Source: Mariniblastus sp.
Lineage (GTDB): Bacteria; Planctomycetota; Planctomycetia; Pirellulales; Pirellulaceae
DNA: 64,000 bases
Reading direction: 5' to 3'
NCBI GenBank assembly: GCA_965224765.1
Contig: CBDDAC010000029.1
Coordinates: forward strand, 488,039 to 552,038
The notes beneath the pieces are model-generated. The model was not told the origin of the DNA, made no database searches, and saw only the letters and a list, made by a program, of their open reading frames with translations. Position numbers and translations under genes: made by a program. Position 1 is the stretch's first letter. Each line of letters opens with the position of its first letter. Below are positions 38,501 to 46,870 of this stretch, one piece after another.

Positions 38501-38816
38501 CCAGGCAACCGATTGAGTAGCTGCCATGATTGTCAAAAATTGGTTTCCAGGTCACACCCGCATTTTCAGTTTTCCAAACCCCGCCGCTGCATGCCGCGAT
38601 GTACCAGGTGCTTGGCTTGATGGGATCGATGACAATGTCGCCGATTCGGCCAGACATTAATGCCGGCCCGATATTTCGAAACGAAAGCGCGGAGACAAGA
38701 CCAGAATTGAGTCCTGGTGTTGGGTCCTCCGAAGTGTCAGTGTCCTGAGCATTTCCCAGATTGGGTGAAAGACAAAATGCAATTGCGAGAACGCAAAGCC
38801 AAAGTTGTCGCGTCAT
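35559..38816 (-). CDS. Secreted sortilin/VPS10-type BNR-repeat beta-propeller protein (often annotated glycosyl hydrolase, BNR repeat)
   Basis: 1085 aa with a signal peptide and many S-x-D-x-G-x-T/S-W Asp-box motifs (STDGGQSF, TIDGGSTWSKV, STDGGTTWRKI, SEDGGQNF, TQDGGGTWQAI, STDRGESWTDI, INGGEKWIEL). Confidence 0.7.
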   Translation of the reverse strand: MTRQLWLCVLAIAFCLSPNLGNAQDTDTSEDPTPGLNSGLVSALSFRNIGPALMSGRIGDIVIDPIKPSTWYIAACSGGVWKTENAGVTWKPIFDNHGSYSIGCLAIDPNDRFTIWVGTGENNSQRSVGYGDGLYKSTDGGQSFKRVGLENSEHIGKIVVHPDDSNIVFVAAQGPLWSEGGDRGLYKTIDGGSTWSKVLDISKDTGINEVHLDPTNPNIMYASSYQRRRHTWVLIDGGPESGIHKSTDGGTTWRKINRGLPGGDKGRIGMDISPVNPEILYAVVEATGSQSGFYRSANRGETWSRMGDYVSGSPQYYQEIVACPHKLDRIYSLDTYMMVSEDGGQNFESLGEADKHVDNHALVIDPADQDHLIIGCDGGLYETWDRGKTYDFKANLPITQFYKVAVSNDLPFYFVYGGTQDNATQGGPSQTTNIHGIRNSDWFITVFGDGFDPAVDPDDPNTVYSQWQYGGLIRFDRRTQTRVDIKPQPEKGGPTLRWNWDSALLISPHDSKRIYYGSQILFQSDDRGDNWSPISEDLSRNIDRNTLKVMGRVWGVDSVAKNASTSLYGTIVSLSESPFEEGLIYAGTDDGMVQVTQDGGGTWQAIGKFGSLEVPEFGYINDIEADLHDADTVYVAVNNHKRGDFRPYIVKSTDRGESWTDITGDLPERGSVYTIKQDHVNPKLMFCGTEFGCYFTINGGEKWIELSAGLPTVGIRDIEIQARENDLVLASFGRGFYILDDYTPLRELSEETLETNKMFPIKKGQMFMQSAPLAVGRRAFQGANFFSAPNPAFGVNFTYHLKDSLKSKKSERTAKDGKAATAGRDAPYPTWDELKAEDREIGPKVTLTIRDSFGDVVRRLPGSTSKGLHRTQWDFSVEGFGRRGGPMAIPGTYTIEVSQMVEGEVTELIGATEFEIEPLNFGGDSEIDRGAIIEFATEAAGLSDAVSAATSVAQEVQSQLASIKGVIERTPDLDPTLVNEVRELELRLMDIMEKFNGDPTKSLRNESAYPGLQSRIRTMMGGVMGSLTGPTGTHQRQFEIAGEEYREVIGDLQTLIEDDVQSLFEQLDEAGAPWTPGRKIPDWNQ

Positions 38817-38955
38817 TGTGTAATTCCTGAAGCGGGTCGTTGTGTTGCAGACAAGACTTCAGTTTAATTACAGAGCGGATTGGCGGATAGCATCGAGCCA
38901 TTTTGTACGTATAAGAACAGATACTGTATTAACGATTACTCAACTTGGCTCCAAT

Positions 38956-39561
38956 ATGCCCAGCAAATATCTGAACACCGACGATTCTGGCGTTTCACGG
39001 TGCTGGTGGTGCGGAAGCGATCCGCTTTACGCTGCCTACCACGATTCGGAGTGGGGTTATCCAGTTGGTGACGACAATCGACTATTCGAAAAGATCTGTC
39101 TGGAAGGTTTTCAAGCGGGGCTGAGTTGGATCACCATCCTCAAAAAGCGAGAGAACTTTCGGGCCGGTTTTGCTGGATTTGATATCCAACGCGTGGCGAA
39201 ATTTGGCAAACGAGATGTAAATCGGTTGCTGAAAGATGCCGGGATCGTGAGGCATCGCGGCAAGATCGAGTCAACGATTAACAATGCGCAGCTGGCGATC
39301 AAGTTGATTGAGGAACAGGAATCCCTCGCCAAGTTCTTTTGGAGCTATGAACCTGCCCGGCAACGGAAATTTGACGCCAAACGAGCTGTGACAGATGAAT
39401 CAAAGCAATTAAGCAAGGATTTGAAAAAACGAGGATGGTCGTTTGTCGGGCCAACGACCTGCTATGCGTTCATGCAAGCGATGGGGATGGTCAATGATCA
39501 CCACCCCGGTTGTTTTTGCTTTGAAAAAGCCCAATCGCTACGCAAGAAATTTAAAGGTTAG
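38956..39561 (+). CDS. tag: DNA-3-methyladenine glycosylase I
   Basis: The Tag zinc-site pattern CWWCGSDPLYAAYHDSEWGYPVGDDNRLFEKICLEGFQAGLSWITIL is conserved, with C-terminal HHPGCF. ORF 38842..39561, with the start at the internal MPSKY. Confidence 0.8.
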   Translation: MPSKYLNTDDSGVSRCWWCGSDPLYAAYHDSEWGYPVGDDNRLFEKICLEGFQAGLSWITILKKRENFRAGFAGFDIQRVAKFGKRDVNRLLKDAGIVRHRGKIESTINNAQLAIKLIEEQESLAKFFWSYEPARQRKFDAKRAVTDESKQLSKDLKKRGWSFVGPTTCYAFMQAMGMVNDHHPGCFCFEKAQSLRKKFKG

Positions 39562-39665
39562 TGGTTCGTCAGAGTTGATTTGACCCGTTTGAGTGGGTGC
39601 CATGCTTCACGCTTGCGTGAGCATGCCTGCGCAATCGCAAGGCGTGGCACCTTCAGTTCAGGCCC
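39558..39665. repeat. Repeat family B core copy
   Basis: tagtggttcgtcagagttgatttgacccgtttgagtgggtgccatgcttcacgcttgcgtgagcatgcctgcgcaa, directly after the tag stop codon. Confidence 0.8.
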
Positions 39666-39739
39666 GCCAGGGAGGAGACGCAAGGTTCCTCGATTACAAG
39701 ATATCTGGAAATAACTGATTGGCTGGTAAACGGATGCCA

Positions 39740-39925
39740 TCGCTCTGCGATTAGGTTTTGGTTGGGAATGTTTTACCCCAGACTAAAAAGTCTGGGGCTA
39801 CGAGAAATAGCCGCTCCGCGGCAAATGCAGTTTGGGTGGGCGCTTTGTGAGTGGGTGCCATATGAGTGGGTGCCATGCTTCACGCTCGCGTGAGCATGCC
39901 TGCGCAAGGATGGTGTCTTCAGTTT
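39740..39925. repeat. Repeat families C (ccccagact-aaa-agtctgggg hairpin module) and B (duplicated gagtgggtgccat core)
   Basis: ttaccccagactaaaaagtctggggctacgagaaatagccgctccgcggcaaatgca matches 54430-54490 almost exactly. Then comes gtgggtgccatatgagtgggtgccatgcttcacgctcgcgtgagcatgcctgcgcaagg. Confidence 0.8.
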
Positions 39926-39956
39926 GCCGGCAAATCAGCTATTCGTTAGTTTGGGG

Positions 39957-42308
39957 CTATTCGTCAATCTCGGCTTGTAACTCTTTTAACATCCGTTCGA
40001 TGCGACGTTTTTCCAGTCCATCGACCATTCCAACAGCATCCTCGTATAGACTTTTTGCCTGCTCTAGAAACCTTTTGTCCTTAAAGGTTCGATTGGGCGC
40101 ACCGATGTCACGCCAGATTTCGGCAACGGTCAGAAGGCTGGAAGGAGATGTGAAATCGGTTGCCGAACGCTGTTCAACCAATCTCAAAAGCGGTTTGTCA
40201 GATGACTTGGTCCAGAGTTGCAGCGCCGTTTCGACCTCGTCCTTGATCAAGAATTCGTACATTCCCCGGTCCTCATGAGCCTTGGGATTGTCGGGTTGTT
40301 CTTCGATCATTTTCAATGCGCGATCGTTTGCCGTTTGTACTTTTTTCATGCTGCCGATCAAGCGACCTTTTTCCCGGTATCGATCGGCCTGGGCCCGGTC
40401 CGTCTTGCGAACAATGTCTAGCGCCCAGTCCACCATGCCCTCGGCCTCTTTGAATCGCTGCTCCACCACTGCCTGCTCAACAAGTTTATCCAGGTCGCGA
40501 CGGAACGTGAACGAATTGTTGCTGGTCGTATTTCCAGCAGTTTCCTTGACCTTGTCTTTCATCAAACGCCAAAAATCCATTTCGTAACGTCGATCCAACT
40601 CTTTGTAGGCGTTGACGGCCATTTCAAGATCGCCGAGCCGAACACCAATTTCAGCAGCCTCTAAATACATGGTGTATTGAGTTGTCGGCTGACTGGATTC
40701 GGATTGTGCGTCACGACTTAGCAATTGAGCCAAGGCCTTGGCCCGACTTCGAGCTCGCGACATTTCTGATTCCCGTACATTTCCGTTTTGAGAGCCAAGA
40801 AGTCTCGGATTTGCTTCCGCATCGCGGAATTGCCGATCGTAGAGTACCAATAACTCTTCCCGGGCAGCTGCCCATTCATTTTTCGTAGGAGGAGATGCTT
40901 TAACGACGTTTGGTGTTTCGACGGCGTTTTCCGCTGGCACCGCACCGGGCTTGACCGGGGCGCCTTTTGAATCTGTCGACGAGATTGTGACTAAACCCAA
41001 CGCGTCATGAGTGAGGGCGCCGATGACTCCCATCGTAGAAATATTTGACGAGCGTTGGTAACGTCCGTGCATCCCTACCAACGGCAACCCGACACTGTTG
41101 CGAATTCGTGTGATCGGACGAATCATCTTGGGAAACCATTCACTCGTGTATTGATCGTTGGTATCCAGTCGGTCACGAAGGATTTTCATGTAGACTAGCC
41201 GAACGCACTTCAACGGATGCTCTGTGGAAACTTCCATTGCTCCCACGGCGTAACCAGGCTTGGCAAGCAGGAGGGTTCGCTGCTTGCTTTGAATTCGACC
41301 GTACTCTTGCCCAAAATGGATTCCGTTTACGCTCAGTTGCAGTGGAGCCATCGTGCGAATGGTGCCGTCTTGGGCAGGAGACAAGGCAAGTCCGACCAGT
41401 AGGTGTTTTCCTGACAACCATTGATACTCGGAATTACCTCCCTGAGTTCCGGAAGCGTCATACCGATGGGTTTTCTGATCAGCGACGGACTTGCCAACAA
41501 GTGCCAGTAGGTTTTGCGCGACGGTGTCAGGTGCTGGATAGAGGTGAAGACTGGCCCGCCTCCATTGGAAGTCGGGACGAGATGGGTCGCTGGCGTTTTC
41601 GTTGGCGCTCTTGTTTGTTTTTTCAGCAGAGTCAGGTGATTTCTGATTCAGTTTGGCAGGACGATTCTTGGCAGGTCTGTTTTTTGAAGGTTGAAATTTT
41701 GGTGCAGTTTCTGTTTTCGTTTTTGGCTCTAAATCGATATTGCTAACAAGTCGATCGTCGCTCGATGTTTGTTTCTTGCCAAATCCAGGAAGCACCCCAA
41801 ACTGAATCAAAGCTGCGCAGAGCGCGACCGCGGCCAGACCTCCTCCAAACCAGCCAACTAGGCTCATCGCCATCTGGTTCTTTTCACGTTTTTGCCGTTT
41901 TTCGCGCAACGAAGGGTCCGCAGTTACCGCGACTGAACGGGTCGACGAGGGCGATGAATTGGGAGAGCCAAGATCCATTGCAGAAATCACAGGAGTTGTT
42001 TTAGTCAGCTGAGGTTGGGACTCAGCTTGACGCAATTGTTCGTCGTAGTCCTGTTTTTGTTCGGGTACCAAAAGGCAGCGGCGTGCAATCGCCAATTCGC
42101 TGAGGATTTTTTGGGAAAGCTCTCCTCGTACCCCACTTTGATAAGTTCTTACGTGGGCCATTTGTCGATCTGCTGCCGTAGAAATGACATCGGCGTCGGA
42201 TTCAAACAAGTCCAAACCAAGCAAGCGGTAGTGATTCACAGGACGTTGCGCCTCGCGAATTCCCAACCATTTCAAATAAGGGTCAAAGTCATCCATCAGA
42301 AGAGTCAA
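39957..42308 (-). CDS. Large membrane protein with an N-terminal J-domain-like motif
   Basis: The N-terminus DPYLKWLGIREAQRPVNHYRLLGL is a DnaJ-like helix II/III signature, but without a clear HPD. Mid-protein TM is MAMSLVGWFGGGLAAVALCAALIQF. The C-terminal roughly 450 aa are helical. Confidence 0.45.
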   Translation of the reverse strand: MTLLMDDFDPYLKWLGIREAQRPVNHYRLLGLDLFESDADVISTAADRQMAHVRTYQSGVRGELSQKILSELAIARRCLLVPEQKQDYDEQLRQAESQPQLTKTTPVISAMDLGSPNSSPSSTRSVAVTADPSLREKRQKREKNQMAMSLVGWFGGGLAAVALCAALIQFGVLPGFGKKQTSSDDRLVSNIDLEPKTKTETAPKFQPSKNRPAKNRPAKLNQKSPDSAEKTNKSANENASDPSRPDFQWRRASLHLYPAPDTVAQNLLALVGKSVADQKTHRYDASGTQGGNSEYQWLSGKHLLVGLALSPAQDGTIRTMAPLQLSVNGIHFGQEYGRIQSKQRTLLLAKPGYAVGAMEVSTEHPLKCVRLVYMKILRDRLDTNDQYTSEWFPKMIRPITRIRNSVGLPLVGMHGRYQRSSNISTMGVIGALTHDALGLVTISSTDSKGAPVKPGAVPAENAVETPNVVKASPPTKNEWAAAREELLVLYDRQFRDAEANPRLLGSQNGNVRESEMSRARSRAKALAQLLSRDAQSESSQPTTQYTMYLEAAEIGVRLGDLEMAVNAYKELDRRYEMDFWRLMKDKVKETAGNTTSNNSFTFRRDLDKLVEQAVVEQRFKEAEGMVDWALDIVRKTDRAQADRYREKGRLIGSMKKVQTANDRALKMIEEQPDNPKAHEDRGMYEFLIKDEVETALQLWTKSSDKPLLRLVEQRSATDFTSPSSLLTVAEIWRDIGAPNRTFKDKRFLEQAKSLYEDAVGMVDGLEKRRIERMLKELQAEIDE

Positions 42309-42496
42309 CAGGATCGAGACAGGTGGAAGTAAGTTGCTATTCTATGAGCGATTCGGTCAAAGTCAAAATGGCAACGGAATTGTAACAAGCTGACACAAAT
42401 CCCTAGTGCAGCATCACGATTTAAGGCTGTGTTCGATAAATTTCTGATGAAGGATTCAAACTGACTTTAGCATTGCGGATTCAGGAAACTTCGTTC

Positions 42497-43222
42497 CTAT
42501 TTGTCCGAAGTCCGCTCCAAAATTGAGTGAGTTTCAACCGATAGGGTTGGTTGAGCGATATTGTTGCCTTGAATCACATTGTTGCCCTGAAGTACGGTAC
42601 CACCTTGAGTGGGTTGAACAATCGCTGGCGACGAAATGATTGTTTGTGGAGAAAAGCCTTGGACTGATGGCTGAATGATCTGGCCGTATTGTGGCTGAAC
42701 AATTTGACCATACTGTGGCTGAACATTTTGACCGTACTGTGGCTGAACAATTTGACCGTACTGCGGTTGAATGGTGTTTTGAGCCGGAACATATGTGGAG
42801 CCATCATAATAAGCTGGGCCGCTGTAATAGGTTTGCGGCTGGACATAAACATTGCCTTGTCGATAGACGGGAGGGCTGATTTGGCCGATTTGAACTCCTT
42901 GTCCGCCACCGAATTGCATTCCGATATTCGAACCGCCAAAGTGGGCACCACGCCCGCCTCCGAAATGCATGCCGATATTCTGTCCGCCAAATCTTGCGCC
43001 CTGTCCACCGCCAAAGTGCATGCCAAAATTCGACGATCCAAATCTCGCCCCCTGTCCGCCGCCAAAGTGAACCCCGTTTGCTCCACCTAGCTGAAAGCCC
43101 GTTCCGCCTCCCATGGTTAACCCGTTGGGGCCACCGATGTGAATGGGTCGACGTTGGGCTTCGGCGCCAGAGGAAATGGCGAAAACAATAGCGATGGCGA
43201 GTACTGGGACGATACGAAACAC
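42497..43222 (-). CDS. Secreted Gly/Gln-rich tandem-repeat protein
   Basis: Signal peptide MFRIVPVLAIAIVFAISSGAEA. About five 13-aa repeats (HFGGGQGARFGSS, HFGGGQGARFGGQ, HFGGGRGAHFGGS, QFGGGQGVQIGQ), then four 8-aa repeats (QPQYGQIV / QPQYGQNV). Confidence 0.55.
   Translation of the reverse strand: MFRIVPVLAIAIVFAISSGAEAQRRPIHIGGPNGLTMGGGTGFQLGGANGVHFGGGQGARFGSSNFGMHFGGGQGARFGGQNIGMHFGGGRGAHFGGSNIGMQFGGGQGVQIGQISPPVYRQGNVYVQPQTYYSGPAYYDGSTYVPAQNTIQPQYGQIVQPQYGQNVQPQYGQIVQPQYGQIIQPSVQGFSPQTIISSPAIVQPTQGGTVLQGNNVIQGNNIAQPTLSVETHSILERTSDK
42689..43090. repeat. Coding tandem repeats (24-nt and 39-nt periods) inside the Gly/Gln-rich gene
   Basis: ctgtggctgaacaatttgaccatactg-type 24-nt units repeat four times at 42689-42790. 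39-nt units encoding HFGGGQGARFGG repeat at about 42890-43090. Confidence 0.7.
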
Positions 43223-43491
43223 GGTTCACTCCTTAGAATGATATCGGTCTAAACAATTATGCGATTTGGGCCTCAGCTGAATTGTATTGTCAAAGTCTTA
43301 TTGGTCGATAGGTGTGAATTGCTGGCAACCCTTCTGGGATATCAATAATAGCCCCTTCGTGGGCGAAATTTCTCTATTTCTAGAAGGGGCAGTATTTCTT
43401 TGCCCCTTGGATCAATCCACAATTTGGTTTTCATCAGGATCAGCACAGCGTATGATCTCAGTTGCTGATTTCCGTCCCCTGGGTGAAAGCT

Positions 43492-44670
43492 ATGAAAAAT
43501 TCTACAGCACTTCTTTCGTTGATTGTATTCGCAACGATGTCGGCAGGTTTGCTTGCCCAGCGAGCACCCAATGACGCCGACCCGTTTCGTAAGATCAGCA
43601 GAACGATGCAAAGAGCGGTTGATGATGGGAGTGTAGTTGGGCACAGCGTGTTAGTTTATCGCGACGGAGAAGTCATCTACTACAACCAATGGGGGCTGCG
43701 GGACAGAAGGAACGAGTTGGCGATTGAACGCGACACGATTTTCCGAATCTATTCCATGAGCAAGCCGATCACCAGCGTTGCCGTCATGCAGTTGGTCGAG
43801 GCGGAAAAAATTGACTTGGATGAACCGATTTCGACCTACTTGCCAGAACTTGGCAAACTCACTGTGCTCGAAAATGGAAATGAGGTTGAGGCGCGCCGGG
43901 AGATTACCACACGCGATTTGCTCCGTCATACCTCAGGACTGACCTATGGATTCTTTGGCGACACCGAAGTCGATAAAGCTTATCGTCGGAACCTCGTGTT
44001 GATCATGGACAAGAACATCGAGCAGACGGTCAAAAAGCTTGCTTCGATTCCGTTACTTCATCAACCGGGGAAACAATTTCATTACAGTGTATCGACTGAC
44101 GTACTGGGGCGTTTGATCGAAGTCGTAAGCGAAGAACGGTTCGATGACTATTTGCAGAAGAACATTTTCGATCCTTTGGAAATGAATGATACATTCTTTA
44201 CCGTACCCGCAGACAAACAAGACCGGTTTGCCCAAATCTACGAGGAAGCCGAAGGGAAATTGAAACCCAAGAATTCGCTTTCGTCGTATCGCTTTCTCAA
44301 TGCAAACGATTTTGATAGCGGTGGTGGGGGACTTTGCTCGACAATCGACGACTACCTGCAATTCTGCAAAATGCTGCTCGCCGGCGGAACACTGAATGAA
44401 CATCAAATTCTCAAAGAGGAAACGATCACTGAGATGTTCACGAATCAATTGGCAGATGTGGACGTGCGTTTCCGCGATTTCAAATTTGGATTGGGGTTTC
44501 GAATTTTTCCCAAGGGGGATTTTGGTTGGGGCGGCGCGGCTGGAACCCGGTTTTGGGTGAACCCAGAAAAGCAGACGGTGATTTTGTATATGGTTCAGGT
44601 GAGCCCATATGGAAACCGGGATTGGGCGAATCGATTTCGAAGTGCTGTTTACAAACTCATCAAGGATTAG
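43492..44670 (+). CDS. Serine hydrolase of the beta-lactamase/penicillin-binding-protein-like family (class C type)
   Basis: Signal peptide MKNSTALLSLIVFATMSAGLLA. An S-x-x-K motif sits in IYSMSKPITSVAVM, and YSV sits in FHYSVSTDVLG. ORF 43462..44670 begins with TTG. Confidence 0.75.
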   Translation: MKNSTALLSLIVFATMSAGLLAQRAPNDADPFRKISRTMQRAVDDGSVVGHSVLVYRDGEVIYYNQWGLRDRRNELAIERDTIFRIYSMSKPITSVAVMQLVEAEKIDLDEPISTYLPELGKLTVLENGNEVEARREITTRDLLRHTSGLTYGFFGDTEVDKAYRRNLVLIMDKNIEQTVKKLASIPLLHQPGKQFHYSVSTDVLGRLIEVVSEERFDDYLQKNIFDPLEMNDTFFTVPADKQDRFAQIYEEAEGKLKPKNSLSSYRFLNANDFDSGGGGLCSTIDDYLQFCKMLLAGGTLNEHQILKEETITEMFTNQLADVDVRFRDFKFGLGFRIFPKGDFGWGGAAGTRFWVNPEKQTVILYMVQVSPYGNRDWANRFRSAVYKLIKD

Positions 44671-44767
44671 GGCGGGATTGATCGAGAATCTGGCACCGCC
44701 GAGAAAGCAAAAGCAGCGTTTCGGCGGGAGTCTCAACGCCTCCAACTTCCACTTTTAGGACGTCTAG

Positions 44768-44953
44768 TCTAGTGGTTCGTCAGAGCTGATTTGACCAGTT
44801 TAGTGGGTGCCATGCTTCACGCTTGCGTGAGCATGACTTCAGTTCACGTTGGTTGAGCTACTAGACGCGTTTAGTTTAGGTAGGGCGGTATTTGTCGTTT
44901 TGTCTTGGAAACAACGGCGAGGTGACGCTATAGGCAAGTCCAACTTGGACTAA
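44768..44953. repeat. Repeat family B copy (core plus inverted arm X), inverted relative to the 22741 copy
   Basis: The core ctagtggttcgtcagagctgatttgaccagtttagtgggtgccatgcttcacgcttgcgtgagcatg is followed by ctagacgcgtttagtttaggtagggcggtatttgtcgttttgtcttggaaacaacggcgaggtgacgctataggcaagtccaacttggact. That second part is about 90% identical to the reverse complement of 22741-22830. Confidence 0.8.
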
Positions 44954-45336
44954 GATTGTCGAAGCTGAGTCATGCGTTGATCGGCTTCCTGATTCAATCG
45001 CTTGAGGATCTCCTGTTGTTCTTCAATCGAATTCATTACGTCCTGATATTTTTTGTAGGCCAATGAGTCGCGTTCTTCAAACGTGTTGCCTGCGTCAGGA
45101 TTTAGCCCGGAAACGGTAAGGTCATGCATCAAAAGCTGTTGCTGCATTCCCGTGACTGCGTTGGCCAGAGTGCGAATCGAGTACGCGACTTCGATGTTGG
45201 TTAGTTGTGCTCGTCTAGATTGTTCCGCAGCTTTACGACTTTGTTTGTTGAGTAGCCAATACAACGTATAGAGAAACGCAGCAGCAATAACTCCGTTTTC
45301 TGCCAGTTTTGAGAGGGTTTCGATTTGAGCCAACAT
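44950..45336 (-). CDS. Small membrane/coiled-coil protein, last gene of the subtilase operon
   Basis: 128 aa with one TM (VIAAAFLYTLYWLL) and a helical tail. Its start overlaps the stop of the upstream ORF. Confidence 0.4.
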   Translation of the reverse strand: MLAQIETLSKLAENGVIAAAFLYTLYWLLNKQSRKAAEQSRRAQLTNIEVAYSIRTLANAVTGMQQQLLMHDLTVSGLNPDAGNTFEERDSLAYKKYQDVMNSIEEQQEILKRLNQEADQRMTQLRQS

Positions 45337-45339
45337 GGA

Positions 45340-45810
45340 TTACCTTCGACGAAATAGTTGAGAGCCAATGGCGGGACGCCATAATCGTCTGCGTCCCGCG
45401 GGCAAACATTGCGGGCAGGGGGGCGACAAGAATGTATTGGAAGGCAACGCAAAATCTGTGACAGGAACCGGTTGCCAAGATCGAGTTTCAAAATTATTTG
45501 CCACGAGGATCTGGTTGTTCAAACGAGCGCTTGCGCTGGGATAGGAGTAGGCTGGTGCAACATTAGCAGGCACCTCACAAGTTCCTGCAACGCAATTGAG
45601 CGGTTGGCCATCTATTGATGCAGGTGATGGCGAGGTATCGCAACAAGCAAAGACATTCGGTATGCCTACGGAATCGGTGCAGAAAACATTTGGACAGCTC
45701 GACTGGGCATCGAGTTGATTGGCCATCAAGATACCGGCAAGCAGGCTGAGCCAAATTTTTTGGTTGACAAAATAACGTTTCAAGTTGGTGTTTGATATCA
45801 AATTGAACAT
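45340..45810 (-). CDS. Cys-rich small secreted protein
   Basis: Signal peptide KIWLSLLAGILMANQLDAQS. The mature region has about ten Cys (SSCPNVFCTDS...FACCDTSP...NCVAGTCEV...PPCPQC). Confidence 0.4.
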   Translation of the reverse strand: MFNLISNTNLKRYFVNQKIWLSLLAGILMANQLDAQSSCPNVFCTDSVGIPNVFACCDTSPSPASIDGQPLNCVAGTCEVPANVAPAYSYPSASARLNNQILVANNFETRSWQPVPVTDFALPSNTFLSPPCPQCLPAGRRRLWRPAIGSQLFRRR

Positions 45811-45925
45811 CGGGGATCTTCCCTGTTAGAAAAAGAAATAAGAGTGCCTGGTTCCCACCGGCCGCGATCGGCCGGTGGGAACCGGCCCTACATCCAGAAA
45901 CATGAATGGGGGCGTGCAACTTGAA

Positions 45926-46870
45926 TTAGAAAAACCAGTATTCTGGATCGCGAACCAGCTCGGCGGCGTTTGGAACGCCAAAGCCGAAACGATTGTCCTT
46001 TCCGAGTTGCCCGCGATCTTCGGAGTGTTTGGCCAGAAAGTTTCGCATTCCATCAACGTTTCGAATCGATTCGTCTCGAGGTCGGCTGGCCAAAATGCAT
46101 GCCAGCAAGCCTGCGGCTGCGGGAGTTGCCATCGAGGTCCCAGACATCACACGATATTGATTGCCAGGAAAGGTCGAAAGGACTTCTTCACCCGGCATCG
46201 CGATGTCGACTTGAGGGCCGCTACTTGAAAATTCTGCGATATCTCCGTCGCGTCGATAGGCAGCCACGCCCAGCGTGTGGTTCGATGCACCGGGATGATC
46301 AACCGTTGACTGGCCACGGCGGAAGCCGCTATTGCCTGTCGCAGCGACGACTAGCACGCCTGCTGCGTTGGCTTCGACAATCGCCTGCTCCTGATCGGCA
46401 TCGAAACCGCCGCCCAGTGACATGCTGATAATACACCCAACGTAATCAACCTTTCGTTTTGTCCATTCGTTGGGCGCGGTGCGAATTCCCTGAGCGATCC
46501 AGGTGGATAGACCGCCGCCGCGATCACCCAACACTTTGATGTGTCCCATATCGGCTCCAGGAGCCCAGCCTACAACACCATCTTGATTGTTCTTCGCACC
46601 AACAATTCCCGCACAGTGAGTCTGGTGACCGTTACGATCAAAGGGCGATGAAGAGTCGGAAAAGTTGTACGTGAAAGCGGCTTCTGGTAAATCCTTGTGC
46701 TGTGGAACTCCCGTATCCAAGATGATGACGAGAACGCCCGTTCCTGACGATCGTTTCCATATTTCCGGCATACTTCGTTCTCGCTGGCCCCAGTCAATTT
46801 GTTGAGCCAAACGGTGGGCATCCAGAGTCTCGCTATCAAATCGAATTGGAGGATTTGTGTACTCGTTCAT
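45926..46870 (-). CDS. S8-family subtilisin-like serine peptidase
   Basis: Catalytic triad context: Asp in VLVIILDTG, His in HQTHCAGIVGA, Ser in GTSMATPAAAGLLA. The start overlaps the upstream gene's stop (ATGA). Confidence 0.8.
   Translation of the reverse strand: MNEYTNPPIRFDSETLDAHRLAQQIDWGQRERSMPEIWKRSSGTGVLVIILDTGVPQHKDLPEAAFTYNFSDSSSPFDRNGHQTHCAGIVGAKNNQDGVVGWAPGADMGHIKVLGDRGGGLSTWIAQGIRTAPNEWTKRKVDYVGCIISMSLGGGFDADQEQAIVEANAAGVLVVAATGNSGFRRGQSTVDHPGASNHTLGVAAYRRDGDIAEFSSSGPQVDIAMPGEEVLSTFPGNQYRVMSGTSMATPAAAGLLACILASRPRDESIRNVDGMRNFLAKHSEDRGQLGKDNRFGFGVPNAAELVRDPEYWFF

Noticed and set aside
43330-43400. Hairpin agccccttc...gaaggggc with a 26-nt loop upstream of the beta-lactamase-like gene
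   Set aside because: The loop is too large, and there is no T-tract in the correct orientation for a terminator of either flanking gene. It is a possible regulatory structure, but unsupported.
22741-44953. Interpreting the inverted family-B copies as the ends of a transposon or genomic island carrying the 22-kb cargo
   Set aside because: No transposase, integrase or recombinase gene lies inside or beside the segment. The same repeat occurs twice more in the interior (39558, 39848). The cargo genes look like ordinary chromosomal housekeeping or accessory genes. I kept it only as a possible inversion/recombination substrate.
45340-46870. Lanthipeptide/RiPP cluster (Cys-rich peptide plus subtilase as leader peptidase)
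   Set aside because: There are no LanB/LanC/LanM, radical-SAM or cyclodehydratase genes nearby. The Cys-rich protein is about 130 aa in its mature form, too large for a typical RiPP precursor.
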